In this document: positions 35,241-49,814 of the stretch, in pieces
Numbering within the stretch: the stretch's first letter is position 1
Layout of the letters: every line of letters begins with the position of its first letter
Assembly (NCBI GenBank): GCA_903813345.2
Contig: CAIIXF020000001.1
Span: 18,662,001-18,726,000 of the forward strand
DNA: 64,000 bases
Source: Owenia fusiformis
Lineage: Eukaryota
Direction of reading: 5' to 3'
Made by a program: the position numbers and the translations under genes
Notes under the pieces: model-generated
The model's database searches: none
The model's input: the letters and a program-made list of their open reading frames with translations, nothing else
What the model was told of the DNA's origin: nothing

Positions 35241-37496
35241 CTAGCTATCTTGTTTAGGTTTCTTTTTAATTTTTCTATTTCGTTCATATCGTATAGTGTC
35301 TGCCTCTAACATAGAGAGCTCTGAGAGTCTTTGCTGAAATGATGGAAATGATGACACCATAGGGTCAGGATACTTGGGCTCAGCTGGAAGAAAAAAGAAG
35401 GTCAAAGTTATGGAGTAGAATTAAACCTTTGCACATATATATATATAATTGTGGGGTACTTTTACCAGAAAATCAATATTTATACAATGGAAATTATAGT
35501 TTAAAAGGAACAACTGATTTACGATATCTTAACTTTAAAAATTCTTCTAGTACACTAGATAGTAGTATGGTCATAATTAAATTCAAATCAAGGTTTATCA
35601 TCAAAATTCGGTATTTTTGAGTAAGTTGACCTCAATTGCTCAAATATTGTAAAATTGCAAGTTATATTAGCTTAGAACAGAACTATTTTTTACTGCTTAA
35701 AGTTCAATTTTCATGCAGTTGTGTATTTATTTTCGGACATATCATTGCAAGATTTTCATATGGTACTCACATTCTTTTTCTTTCTGCCTATTTGTAAGTT
35801 GAGGATGATGGACTATTGACGATCTTGAGGGGACTTTCCTGTGCTGGGGAGTGGAGTTTGCCACTGAGCGATTACTTGGAGCACCCTGACCAGGTTTTGT
35901 GCTACCTGAAGCTGTGCTTGGTGGTTGCCATAGTGTTCCCATAGCAACCAGTTCTTCAGCGTCTTTAATACTTGAGTTGGTGCCTTAAATATCAAAGATC
36001 AATACCATATTATATACATGTTTATGTACAGTACATTCTCAAAAGCTGATCCTTATTTAAAGCCTCTTGCTAATCATCTCCTACTTCAACAAGAAGCAAA
36101 TATGAAACTATTTACAGTAAAAGAAAACCTGTATATATGGATCACCCTTGATTCTGCCTTAAATTGATTCTGTTCAAGTTTGGAGGTGTTCCACTTATAC
36201 AGATTCAATTAACATAAAAACAATGGATTTTGAAAACGAGACTGAAAAAGTTTCCCTTAGCAGATTTTACTGTACTCCTAATAGAGGTGGATGGATGATC
36301 ATTCACATTCGGAATAATTTACTAACATAACAGGTCATTCAATAAGTTTGCAGAGAAATTGTCTCATTTCAAAAGTTTTTCACATTTTTTAACAAAATTT
36401 CAATATTATCCAAAATATATCTAATGACTACATCTACTGATACCTCAATAGAGAAACTAAGCTTACCAGAACCAGAAAGCAGCAGATTGCGTTGTGTTGT
36501 ATTATTATGGGCATTGGTTTGACTAGCAGGTACTTGATTTGTGAGGAAGTTGCCCTTCCCACCTCCTTTGAATGCTACTTTATTTCCTGGAGGTTGACGA
36601 TTGTTTCTCTGATCATCTTTGCTTATTGAGTCATGACCATTTTCTAAAGATTCTGAAAAAAAGAAATCTTATAATTCATGTTTTATATTATAGATAGTCA
36701 ACTATTTAAAACTACAAAACACCATAAGCATTAGAAAAAAGAAATAGCTCAATTTATAGTACTAATATGGTAAACATTTTATTCATTGTTAAAATATGAG
36801 ATTAATATGGCTTAATGTTGTTATGTGTAGCAAAAATGAAATGAAAGGCTGAGATAGCTTTTTAACCTTTCATACTCCTAACTTTAGATGAGGAGTTTTC
36901 CGAGCTTCAATGTTTCCAGAAAAGGTAGCTTTATTAAAATGTGATACTAGAGAGAACTACTTGTTCTTTAAAAGCTGATTATGAGTATAACTGAATAATT
37001 CAACTTTCCTAAGGTTAACAGTCAACAAATGTTAAAGTCTGTAATTGTTTTGTTAGCCTACAAATGAAGTTGGACTTAATTGTCATTGAAAACCTTAGTT
37101 CATAGTTCAGCACTTTCCATCTGCTTCATGGTAATGTCACTTTCAGGGGTATACTAAAATACGGCTGTCAAATGGCAATGCATTAATTTTGATTTGTCAG
37201 AGACCAGTCAATAGATTAGACTACATTTAACCAATCAATATTAAGTATTTAGACTGATGAATTAAATGAGATTACCTCTTCTGTCTACTAATGACTGTGA
37301 TTTCCTAGATGTGTTTCTGCTTCCGTTCTGCCGTTCAAACTGATGATTCCTCCGTCTGTTATCTTTATCTGCACTGTCTACCCTTCGTGGCCTACAGTCA
37401 TCCACGGAGGAGTGGCGATGGCTCTCCTGTTTGTGAATGTCACTGTAGTTTGGCACTATTTCTGTGTTAAATGGAACGCTTGGACTTGTAGTTGAA
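35241..37496 (-). CDS. C8orf89: Constant (shared) exons of a C8orf89-like protein
   Basis: Exons 37496-37276, 36652-36467, 35983-35771 and 35383-35241 join in frame (entry phase 2, then 1, 1, 1; stop TAG at 35243-35241). A low-complexity S/N/R/Q region is followed by KYPDPMVSSFPSFQQRLSELSMLEADTIRYERNRKIKKKPKQDS*, which resembles the conserved C-terminal DP...RL....LE.DTIR.E..K motif I recall for C8orf89. The name comes from memory, not from a search. Confidence 0.75.
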
Positions 37497-38223
37497 CTGG
37501 AAATACACAGATGAAAATTTAAGATGAAAATGCACAAAACAAGACAATGTCTGAAAATCTAACATTTTTTATAAAGACATTCATCAAATTGAACAGGAAT
37601 AATTAGCTTATAGTGATATACAGTAGACTAAAGATAAAATTCACTTAGTTGATATTATATAGTTTTTCATATCAATTTATTCTTTATATTCATTATAACA
37701 TTTCTAACTATACAGTAAACTATATATAATTTTATGTAGTTTATCTATCTTATGAAAGGAATCAAATACACAACATTAACCAAAAACAGGATCAGTCGAC
37801 CTGAAAAAGTTATATGTTTCTCCCTGTCGACATCACATCTGAAAGTTACCACCATATCTGTTTTCAAAAATTAGTGTTATTTTCTATGCAACCAAGAACA
37901 GTAACAACAAACTGATCATAATATAGTACCCAAAGGTGCAATAAAAATATTTCAGTATGAGAATTAGAAGTTTTGTTTGTATCCTTATTCATACTGTATA
38001 CACATCAGTAATAAATGTTTTAAAAGAAAATGATTTTGTTATTCCACTACTTTGTACGAAATAAACAAGGCATTAACAAGGCAAAATATCACCACCTGCC
38101 ATTTGTTTTAGATAACAACCGCTGATTACCAAACACCAACTGCTGAACACCATCCACAAAAAAAGTTGGAGACTAAAAACATGTCTTCTGTTGGTACTTA
38201 TATCAATGACTTCCATGACTCAC

Positions 38224-38348
38224 CTTAAACTCAAACATTTCGACAAACTGTCCTTATGTACTCCGACCCTTAGTTTATAAATCCAGGGGCAAATAGGGGT
38301 CAACTTTGCAGGTTTCATTTGATTACTACTTAACCGAGGTATAGACAT
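38224..38348 (-). CDS. Variable first exon V1 (41 aa + phase-2 donor)
   Basis: gaaATG MSIPRLSSNQMKPAKLTPICPWIYKLRVGVHKDSLSKCLSL-AG|GTGAGT; 125 nt = 41 codons + 2. Confidence 0.7.
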
Positions 38349-40681
38349 TTCAAATAATCCTTTCGTAGATAAGCATTTTCCTGTTTTACCCCTCACAGTA
38401 TTTAAGTTTGCTACTCCATATTGTCGACTTGTTTGTCACAGGAATGGCTTTGACAATGTTTGCTTGCTAAGGTCTCACTATTGCTGTCGCTTAAAGGCTT
38501 TTGAGTTTTAAGTATTTCAACAATGGTTGCAGTAAGCTTGGCGGTACTGTATCAATACACCTTCTTCTCAATTCTCAATAATACATCTTGTTTAGAATTC
38601 AATAGAATATATGTATTGTTATAGTTGTTATAGAGCTTAATATTGAGCTGCCTTGAGTTAATTCAATTATAGACCCCCTGAGTATGAAAAAAATGTTTTA
38701 TTACTTTCCACATAACTGACTATCCAATAAAATATCTAATGAGATGAAACTTTTATTGCAAAATATACTAAATTGAATATTTATATTTTATAATATGTTG
38801 CTGATATACCTATAGTTACTATTGTTTAAAATGCTGCTTAATGGTGTTAATATCCCATTTCCCCTACAAAGAATGCATATAAACAGTTTTGCTATTTGAT
38901 AAAAATGAAAGTAAAAAATATGAAATTACAAAAAAATTACATATTATACATTTAATTTGAAAGAGACCTCGGATATTTCTCAGAAATAAAAAATTTCAAT
39001 GTCAAGCATATGTTAGAGCAAACCTTTGATCTCACAACACACCAAACAATTAACTGAAAGCACAAGCATAACAGCAATCAATTAGAAACAAATCAATAAC
39101 TCATTAGTGCTCTGCAAATACTAGTACCTGGAAAATCTACCAAAATACCTGCATTTTACTAAGTTTTTACACCTTTCTCTAAAAATCCTTGTTTTTCCAA
39201 ACCCATTTAAATCTTATTCTTTGGAAGATTAAAATGTATGTTATTAATGATTGTATCAATATACAGTACAAGTATTATTCTATGAAATGTATGGTTTTAT
39301 AATTTTACTATGTGACTTCTGGTGCTTGAAGTCATCTTGGTAAATCAATAGAAAAGAGTATCCTCTTTCAGTAAAATACCTTAAGGTAGTTCCACACCTT
39401 CACAAAATATTGGCGAATTGATTAAAATCATGATATATAAAAATTCTCAACATACTGATTTACACTGACACAACTCATAAAGAATTGTAGATTATGATAC
39501 ACATATGATAGATCTCATCTACAGAAAAAGAACTATAGAAAATGAACCATGGACCAGACAGGGGACACAAGCATCTGATAACCTCCTTCATCATTCCCAA
39601 ATGACAATCATTAAACTTAATATGTTGATCATTTCTATATCTGTTAAATCATGAGTGGTCTAATTGCTTCCCTACTCTAGCATAGGGCATAAAATGCAAC
39701 TACATGACAGGCTACGTGGTTTTGCAATATGCTGAGTGATGAAACGCAAAAAGCAATAGGGCGAGTCTCCCTCACAGAGTAACTTGTGGTGAATCCACAA
39801 TTATCTTTTAAGATCATTAATCTATCAGTGACCTTGTGATACTTAATCTCTATTAGATCTAAAAACTTGATGACTTTTATTATTAATACACTATGATAAA
39901 TACATTTTTTCTATAAATATCAATGCTAGGAAAAGTGCCCCATTTTGGCATTATAAACATCTCTTTTATATCATATAATGTGATGTAATCTTTCATTACT
40001 AAAATGTATCAGTTTTATAAAATACTGGACTAAAACTTATAATACTGGTAATGATTCAGCATTTTTAGACTCCTCTGATGTATTGTTTAGCCGAAAAAGC
40101 ACAAAACAGTTAGTTAAGCAATGACCAACACCGACTGTACTGTACTCTCGTCATTTTCGCATTCATTCATTTTGTGCTCAACAAAATATTAACAAACAAA
40201 TCTATAGAAAGTTTAAACCTCAATTATTTGCAAAAAACAACAAGGCTAACAAGGTATTAACATCCAAATGTCACTACCTTGCAATTGTTGCAGATGCCAA
40301 CCGCTAAAAACAACTGCCAAATACCAAACACCAACCACCGAACACCATTCAAAAAAAAGTTGGAGACTATAATAACAATCTGACAATATGTCACCACTTC
40401 TGGTGGTAACATATTGTTGGTAACATAAAAATGTTACTGTTCTAATTGCAATACAGTACAGTACAATGCAATGTTCATCAACAGAGTTTATTAATTGCCA
40501 TCAGATAAACTCACAGTAGCATTGCACAGAAGAAAAAATATACATATCAATACTGAGACCATTAAATGGTCTGTCATGATGTGCACTGTATACTTGCTGT
40601 ATACTTGCTTCATAATATCAGCACGTGCCTCTTAAAATTAAACATGCAAGTACCACTATGAGTTAATCATGGGTGACATAC

Positions 40682-41190
40682 CAGTTAGCATAAGGGTGAA
40701 CACCTATCATCTCCACCCCCTGGTCCATAATACCACCACCCCACACACAAGCATTCAAGCCTCCTTGGTACCTCCGTGTTGTTCCTAAAGTCCTAGACCC
40801 CTTAGACGACATTGCACGCCTGAAGTTTAAATGCTGCTCCTCTCCTAGAAGAGTTATCCCACAACATGCTCCATATATACTCCGTAGTTTTTGATTCCTA
40901 TGGAGCTCTACACTCGCACTGCTTCCGCTAGCAGTTGGTGTTTTGGACCTTTGTTGGTACATGCCTCCCCCAGCTCCCATTGGAGGCTTGTGGGTAATAT
41001 CTGGCTGCGTCTTTGATCTCTGTAACATCCTAGCCTGGGCTATAACTATTTGCCTCAACTGCTGTTTCTTAAAGTCAGCATCTGTGGTATAACCACCTTG
41101 TGCTCCTTCAGGATTCAACTCCAATTTGATCTTGTTCTCGACTCGGTTGTCGATTTTCATTGTATGTGTTGTTGGTGATTGATTTATCAT
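40682..41190 (-). CDS. Variable first exon V2 (169 aa + phase-2 donor)
   Basis: Longest non-repeat ORF in the window (MINQSPTTHTMKIDNR...GVHPYAN-TG|GTATGT); 509 nt = 169 codons + 2. Confidence 0.75.
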
Positions 41191-43264
41191 TGAGATGATT
41201 GGAAATTACCCTCTGATTACTCTTATTGTTCCTTCAAGTTGATTCTTATTATGATTGCCTGCTATTTGAAATCACCTTATCACTAGGCATCAATAGCATC
41301 TATGTTTTCTCTGTATTAATATTGGCTGGTGAACTGTTCACTTTTCTTGACGTCTCTTGCCGTTTCTCTCAAATCTCAATCAATATCCCTCTTCATATAC
41401 TATAACACCATCATATATAAAGCTACTTAATTTAATGCAATATGCTTGCAATTTGTCTTGAAACTTAACATTCCTGTTTGATTTAATAGCAACATTTTCT
41501 ATAATGTACAAAACAAACTAATTTCAATTCAATGCCATTGTCAACTTGAAGGAATATTGTTTACTTTTCTGACAATTCTTATAGGCTCCAAACACCAACC
41601 TTCCGAGTAAACACTTGTAAAATTATGCATTTATTTCATTGTACAAACTCAAAGGTCGGCATACATCCTTTGCTATAAGTCTATTATAGTTTCTCCTAGA
41701 CTTTATGATGTTTGGAGACCAGATTCAAATATCCAATAGGGTTAACCTTGCCAGAGCCAAGACCAGTCTATAAGCATTGTTAATGATGTAATATTTAAGC
41801 CAAAAGATTATAAACTGTTCCTTGCTCAAGTTGATAATTTCAATCTGATGAAAAATGTATAAAATCCTTTTAAATTGATTTTTCCCTTGTGAACTCTGAC
41901 TTTAAGTCACCATGAAAAACACTAAAATACATTCACATTTTAACATCTAATAAAAGTCATATAAAAGGGTTTCAGAAAGGACATATATTCTGATTCTTAT
42001 CAAAGATTTGATCTAAAAAGTTTTACTTACTTACTCTCATATACAAATTCTCCAAATTAAAGGTTTTATAAAAAGAGCATACAGATTTTTGTTTACCTTA
42101 TACCCCTCTATTGTAAAATATACATTAAGTTTGAGATACACTTACACTGAGTGTCCTATAACAAATAGTGATACTATTCACAATTTATTCATCAATCAAA
42201 TTCCTAGCAAAAAAATATATAAAGGGCTATCAGGTTTATACTTGTATGACATTCCAGATTTTATGTGCATAAAATAGAAGTGACACTTATTTTGTCAAAT
42301 TCAAATATGGAAACATGATTTATTATGTCCATTTATAGATGTCACCTCAGCTCCATGGCTACAGCAACTAGCTATGCCAGCCTATACATACGCCACCTAT
42401 ATAATTCTAGGAAGACAAAATTCATGTAGTTGCAATAGAATTTATTGAACTCTCATTGATTTTCTTTGGAAACCAATACCCTCTCATACCTTTAATTTTG
42501 ATAGTGTCATAAATTATACTAGAGTCCAAAGATATTCAAACAGACGAATTGCATTTAGTTTGTTTGTGGTTACAAAATTTCTCTCCAAATTACCTAACCA
42601 TTTTTGCCATCCTCTGAGAAACTCTGAAATTGCCCGACTTTTCCATGTCAGGGAAAACCAAGATTTTTCCCTGATTATTAAAAGTTTTATTTCTCAAACA
42701 GACTCAAGTTGAGTAGATATCTTTGGTGGTGCCGTGGGGATGTCAATACCAAACTGATTAGATGCTGGATCAAGTTATTTGCCAAGATTAAATATCAAGA
42801 ATTCCACAAAATTTATTAAAAGGCTGATTCATATGAGACAAGATGAACCAGCCCTTACAATGGCCAAATCAATCATGCCCTAGCCCAAAATTATTAAGCT
42901 ATTCAGTAAATCGATGCACAAAGGAATTTTAGAAAATACATTCATGGAAAATTTAGGACCCAAAATCTTGGTAACAAACTTGCATAACTGGGCATTACTT
43001 TTTAATTTTGGACCTATTTTTAAGAATTTGGGCCTATATTTATAGACTCAGGCCAACATTTTGGCACAAATCTTTGGGCTCCATTCCTTTTGATTTTCAG
43101 GTACACCCCTGGGAGCTCTGTACAAACATGCAGTATAACAAGACATTATCACAAAGTTTAAAATTAGAACACAAAAAAAGATTACTAGGTACATTTGTAG
43201 AGAAAGGCAGATAGAGTATTGAATATTACAGTAAGACATGTATACCAATAACATGTATACTATA

Positions 43265-43475
43265 CTGGAGGCCGTTTCTCGAAACTTATCGTTATTAACG
43301 AATCGTTAATAGCGAATCGTGGATTCGTTTCTATGGGCACCGCATCATGGATAACGAATAAATCGTTAAAAACCATGACGTCATTGCGAATCTTTTGAGA
43401 AACGGAAAAATCGTTATTAACAATTCGACAATTAACGATTCGTTAATAACGAAACTTTCGAGAAATAGCCCCCAG
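43265..43475. mobile_element. Small TA-flanked MITE
   Basis: CTGGAGGCCGTTTCTCGAAACTTATCGTTATTAACGAATCG ... CGATTCGTTAATAACGAAACTTTCGAGAAATAGCCCCCAG; CpG-rich. Confidence 0.8.
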
Positions 43476-43597
43476 TATACTAAATTACAAATGTATACAT
43501 GTGAATAGCTTTGGAACCAAAAAGTGTTCACATAAATGACAGGTTCTGGTCTTGACACATATCAAATATTAAAGTTTCTTTCTCAATAGTACCTTAC

Positions 43598-43842
43598 CTA
43601 GACATACTGAATATACCTAAAGGGATCCACCGAACTTCCCTTTTAGGCCTGATTCTGTTCATATATTCCCGAGGAGCTTCTCTATTGTGGAGACAATATT
43701 TAGCACTTGGTGTATCACATCTACATGTAGAACCATGTACTGAAGCCTGTGATTGCTTTATAATGGCAAGTCTAGGAAAGGATGCTAAGTTTCTTGATGG
43801 TGAACTCTGATCTCTACCTTGTATAGTTTTACGATTATACAT
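43598..43842 (-). CDS. Variable first exon V3 (81 aa + phase-2 donor)
   Basis: aagATG MYNRKTIQGRDQSSPSRNL...VRWIPLGIFSMS-AG|GTAAGG; 245 nt = 81 codons + 2. Confidence 0.75.
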
Positions 43843-44356
43843 CTTTTACACCTGCCTTCAATGAATCCTCTACATCATTATTTCAATGTGATGTTTTTGT
43901 GCAACATTATAGCATCACAATGTTTTTATCATATTTGATTTTGCAACACTCGTGATTGTGCTTTTGTTGATTGTGCTTGGTTCTCACATCAAATTGTGTA
44001 GTGCCTACTTTGGATTGTGCAAACTAACCGATTTATAATTTCTTTGAGCGTTTTGTCCTTTGCTCTATTTTATTGTCAACATGTTAATCTTGCTAGTTCA
44101 CTAACTGTGCATCTACATCACAAAATATAAAATAAGCCTAGCAATGCTCTAGAATCCATTTGCTAAAGCCAAGTTCAACAGTATAAATATTAGTAAGCCA
44201 ATGGTGTGGTGCAATTAAACAAGCTGAATTAAGGTTTTGTTGTGCAAGCATTGAGATGGGAGCGACAATGTCTTTATTGTGCTGTATTGTGGTAAGGTTC
44301 GGAAGCTGAATTTCAAAGCAAACCTCCACTACATATAAGCCTTTAGATCAACATAC

Positions 44357-44502
44357 CTGCACCATTTGGGAGTTTTTGCATTATCAATATACCGAAGCAA
44401 TGATGTCCATGAAAAATCCTGAGAAATTTGTTCTCTATCAAATCTGGTAAAGAAAACTGCAGAATTTGTGCTTTTTCCATTAGGATTCAAATAAGGAAGC
44501 AT
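44357..44502 (-). CDS. Variable first exon V4 (48 aa + phase-2 donor)
   Basis: caaaATG MLPYLNPNGKSTNSAVFFTRFDREQISQDFSWTSLLRYIDNAKTPKWC-AG|GTATGT; 146 nt = 48 codons + 2. Below the ORF-track length cutoff. Confidence 0.65.
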
Positions 44503-46505
44503 TTTGAAATTTGAAAGTCCAAATAAAGCTAAAAATATTCCAGTTCAAATAAATAACCATATGGTATATTTCATATTGGTATATGTGTTTTCAAGATGTG
44601 GTCTATTGTATTTCCTGATGAAACAGTTGATATGAAGTTAAATGTAAGTTGTCTCGTTGAACAAAACCTACTACAAAAACCTCCATAAGTTTCAATTACT
44701 CCTCTGAATAGTCCACAAACATATAGCTTTCCAACCTTATTGTTTCATCTTCTATAGCTCTGACATTCCAACTAGATTTATTCCAAATATCTATATTTGA
44801 TGAAGTTGAACTTTATTTCCTTCCATCAACATAACTGTTTAATCCATTTAAGTATACTTTTAAAACCATACAATGCACAAACATTGAATACAGCCACTGA
44901 CTTGATAGTGTTGGATCAATCGTAACCTGGTACCTGGTACCTTTTCCAGTTTCCTGTAAATCTATATCCTCATATCAAACGTGAGGTCTATTACTATGTA
45001 CTTTATCCCGCCATTGATCTTAGTCACTACATGTAGTCTTGATATGTTAACTTTGTGTTGAATAAGTTGAATATTTCTGCAGTTAAATGTAAGAGGTACA
45101 CATTGTGTCACTGAATAGATGAAAAGTAATAACAGTTAGTGGTTTGGCAATAAACACTTAACAACAGCAAACAGCGTCTTTTGGCTAAAGTATCCCCCTT
45201 GAAGCTACTATTACAATGACATGGTAAAAATAAATATACAATTGTATCGAAGAATGGTATAATATTCCACGTATGAAGTCCGTAAAATCAGCTTACAAGC
45301 TTCAATGAGATTCCATTCTTACTTTCAAACAGTCAAATGTGGTAATCCATTAATAAGTAAAACATATGTCAATAAATTGGTAATCCTACAGTATATGGTC
45401 ATTCAGATGCCAGCAATTGTAGTGAAATAGGTGCATGTAGCTTGAAAGTTTCATAATTTATCAAAAATGTTTCAAACTTTGATCAAAATCAGCTTCAAAT
45501 AATCTTTAATTTAATTATAGACATGAAGAAATATGTCTATTTTTCAGTACTAGATTATTTCACTTGCTTTGAAATTAGCTTCAAATAATTTTTATCAAGA
45601 AGTTAATCCTGTTGCAAACCTTTTTAGCCTGTTATATAAAACATGGCAAAATATTACATCTATCTGTTACTACTATCAGCTCTGAACAAGGCTTCAAAGA
45701 CAAGCTGTCCTTGCATTAATGAAATATTCAATAAATGATTTAATATATCTGTATAGGGGAACAGCTTTAACTCTCATAAAGTATTGCCGATCAGTCTTTG
45801 CTAACTCCAACATCTCATAATTTGTATGTTCTATTAGTGAACAAATTGCAGAGACATTTGAAGGCTTTGCCCTGGGTTTTGCCTCTGTGAAAGTTGGGTG
45901 AATGAAGACCAGATTTCTCAGAATCTGTAGCATAAGGAGACAAATTATTTAATTTTATCAATAGAGCATAACACTACATGTATATAACAACAAAAAAAGA
46001 ATGCCATATACCAGGTAAAGTTAAGAACAGAAAAATTCTGATACCACCCCTTTAATAGGTTGTTACTGAGATATCTTGGAAATCATGCCAGTTGTGAAGA
46101 GTTTGTTCAATACACTCTGTCAGCATGACAACCATCACACTACAAATTAATAACAATTAATCCATCATTATCTAACAGCTAGAAACACAAGTTATTCATT
46201 AGGAAGTCTCCTGCACCACTTTACGTCAACGCTGTAATATAGAACTTCTATTGTAGTCTTAAGCGCAGATGCTTGTTATAAATTAGACAAACGTAAAGGG
46301 TAAACTTCTATTGAACTATTAGAGACCTCGGGAAGATATATTATATATCCCTCAGGATATTCCCTGTATCCAAAACCTCCCAGTGCATAACCCCTATATA
46401 TCTAACAGCCTTGTATTCTCATGTTCTTTACTGAATCTAAATAGTTATTTTCAGAATTATTTTTCTGTAGATGAAAAATCAGACACCAACAAATGTGACT
46501 TTGAT

Positions 46506-46990
46506 CACAGGCTGGTATCGAAATATTTGTCCGCTGTGACGGAGCATGCTATTTTTCATAAAAACATTAAGAATACTTCACGATTTATTTTTTAACTCAT
46601 ATGTTTCGTTATACCATACAAAATTACTTACTCCATGAAATGGATATATCATTTGCGGGTAACTTTCACTTCTGTTTATAGTCCAATTACGCTGGGAAGA
46701 AAAGCTATTGAAAATGGCGCCGGAGTATCATACTTCAAAATGTACCATTTCTTGTTTAACTTTCTAATGGCACGATATAGTGACACGATAATATTTACAC
46801 ATGGTTTCAGCATAACTATGAAGGTATAAATGAGACGTTGATGTATTTGTTCTTTTTAATTCTTTTATAAAAAACAATGTTTAATTTTTTTGTCCGCTGT
46901 GACGGAGCAGTTGCAAATAGGAGTTGCAAATAGCAGTTGGAAAATAGCATGCTCCGTCACAGCGGACAAATCTTTCGATACCAGCCTGTG
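46506..46990. mobile_element. Transib-like MITE (CAC termini, 5-bp TSD)
   Basis: TTGAT|CACAGGCTGGTATCGAAATATTTGTCCGCTGTGACGGAGCATGCTATTTT ... AAAATAGCATGCTCCGTCACAGCGGACAAATCTTTCGATACCAGCCTGTG|TTGAT. An extra internal TIR fragment lies at about 46890. Confidence 0.85.
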
Positions 46991-48237
46991 TTGATTAGCT
47001 GGCAGTATTTCAGTTTACATTTATTGTCAGCATCACTTTGATGTGAAAAAGTGTGTTGTCACATGGTCAATAGAGATCCTGATCTATAAAATTATATTTT
47101 TTTGATTTCTAATTTGCAATTCTAGGCATTAGACATGTTAGAGAAATACCTGATCTTACTATAACCAGTTATATTTGCTAATCTACCTGCCAGGCCTCCA
47201 GGTAAATGTCAAAGATCAGTATGTGCCCCTTTAAGACAGCAGTGAGATTATTTTCCTCAATATAATTTTAATTAATTGCTTCAGTAAATCATAAATGTTC
47301 TTAACTTACATAATTATGAAAAGTATGAGATACTGAAAGGCAAATGTGAATTACCAGCAATTCAATCATAAATTCTGCACTCATGTTCCATGAAATAGTC
47401 ATGCTACATATATTGATCATCTATAATTGTGATTATAGTTCGCTTAGTATGTACTTTACACTCCATACCAAGATATCTGTCTGACTCAGGTAGTTCTCAC
47501 AATTTATTCCCACAATTTATCGATTTAAATGTATGTTTCTTTTTCCCTGAAGTAAAACATATTCTTTATCTAGTGGACATTGCTATGTAAATAATAACTA
47601 TCATTATCACATACAAGAAATATAGATTTATTTATAATCAAGATCAGATTTATTAACCCCTCATTAAGTGAAATATCTCATTAAATATTATTTATTTCTC
47701 TAGCAGAAAGCATACAAAACTATTCAACATTTTAACCTATCTGTACTTAGTGTCAGGTAAGAATAAAGTAATGATAGGTCTAAGTATTGATTTTCTATTC
47801 TGAACTAATAACAGTATTTGAACATACAATGGATGAGATTGAACTTGACCACAAAACACCAATTGCTGTCTACCATAAATAATTAATAATATGGGTGTTC
47901 ATGTGCATGTGGCATGTGGTAAGGTATCATACTGCATAGAGATCACAACAATGCAATAAAATGCAATGAGTGAATTGGATTTGTCTAGATATCTGACCAA
48001 GAGCTCATTGTGATACTCAGACCATCCCTATTTTGAAACGAGGGATACCATGGAAAATGTCACAACCTGCCATTTGTTACAGACACCATGTTACAGATGC
48101 CAAACACCAGCGACAAAAAAGTTGGAAACTATAACAATATGTCAGCACTGGTGGTGACCTAAAATTAAAATTGATACAAGGTTGTGACCTCTTCCAATAC
48201 AAAAGCAGGCTACGCATTGAACCAACTCCTAAGGCTA

Positions 48238-48414
48238 AGCTTGCATTCCCGAATGCAACTAACGCCTGTCGGCTCCTGGATTACTATTTTATGGGCAACT
48301 CATTTAAATATGAAAAGCACCTGCCACTATTCCATTCATCATAAAATGAGTTGGTATTAAAATAAGTTAATCCGGTAGCCGGCAGACGTTAGTTGCATCC
48401 ACGAAGACAAGCTA
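48238..48414. mobile_element. Degenerate small MITE
   Basis: AGCTTG...ATGCAACTAACGCCTGTCGGCTCC against GGTAGCCGGCAGACGTTAGTTGCAT...CAAGCT; no TSD found. Confidence 0.55.
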
Positions 48415-48942
48415 AGACAATGTATGGTTATACTATTAGTTCTGATTGATCAAAAAGTCCATGGCTATTAAGCTAGCTATGTGAAATAATGAATTACGAG
48501 TACATAAATTAATTCTGACATTTTCATCATTTTACTTTTGTTGGTTTAACATTGCATTCATAATAATCTTTGTAAGTAGGAAATGAACCTATCTTGACAT
48601 CTCAATTGAAATCAATGATAAAATACCAGAAAAGCACCTAAATCTATGATCACAAATAAATATAACACAAATCATAGGGGGATTTTCCTTTTTAATCATT
48701 CAATTGAGTAAGCTGACATTTTTTGGTTTTAATTGAATCATTGTTGTCACAAAAATTATTTATTGGTGATACTTATGTATTTTATATCTTGACATGAGAG
48801 GAATTAATTATTTATATGATCTGAATGGCTGAATGAGTTCAAAGCTATAAATTATTGAAAAAATATATGAAATAAAGAACTACTGTAATGGGCCTATAGT
48901 TAAATAACTATAAGTCTAATACTGTATCTTCATATTATTTAA

Positions 48943-49666
48943 GGTGACTGTTAACTTAATCGATTTTCAGAAAAAATTGAAAATTTCACAATCTTGAAAT
49001 TTTCAAACTCTTCCTGAGAAGTCGTTTTTATTATTTCACATATGCTTGTGCACTGTAATCATTACAAAGACATCAAAGAACAACAAAAAACTTTAGTTTG
49101 AGAAAAAAAGTGCCGTTTAAAGAATTTGAGAAGATTTTTTTCTAGGAGTAGCCCGTGAAAAACCGCTGATTCAAAATATCTGAACATTTCAGAAAATATA
49201 CTTCAAACATATATCAAAAACGAAGGAGCAACGGAAATTTGAAAAATTACCCGATAAAAAAATTGGGATCAAAATAAGGAAAAAAGTACACTTCTCAAAT
49301 TGTTTTTTCTATTTTTTTTAATTTGTATGAGAGATTTCAAAATTCTAAAGCTCCTTCAATTTTGGGCTATATTAAAGGGATGTTTCAGAGAAATTAGAAA
49401 AAAATGTTCAGGGACCTTTGCCGTGCTACTCTTTTTGTCAATTTTTCGGTCACATTTTCAGAGGACTCAAATTCCCATTCCAAAATGTTTACTGTTTCTA
49501 TTTGCATTACCACAGTGAGCCTGGTTATATAAATGATAAGTGGAACTAAAAAATTGAGAGAAAATCCAACCAAAAGACAGTTAATTTTGATGGTCAGATT
49601 ATACTCAAATGCCATGTGCTTCTTGGTTTCGGCCATCTTGGATTTTTGATTAAGTTATAAGTTACC
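48943..49666. mobile_element. Kolobok-like MITE
   Basis: TTAA|GGTGACTGTTAACTTAATC ... GATTAAGTTATAAGTTACC|TTAT. Confidence 0.6.
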
Positions 49667-49814
49667 TTATCATTATGAGAAAGTACAAAAGCATCATTAA
49701 AAACTGGCACCATTCAGTCGACTCACATAGTGATTCAATATATTGTGAAAATGTGATATTTGATGACAAAAATTGATGTTTTTTATTAATCATGCAAATG
49801 TTTCTCTTATAATC

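Noticed and set aside
45694-45933. 79-aa minus-strand ORF in the variable-exon region
   Set aside because: It ends in its own stop, has no suitable phase-2 donor and shows no recognisable motif.
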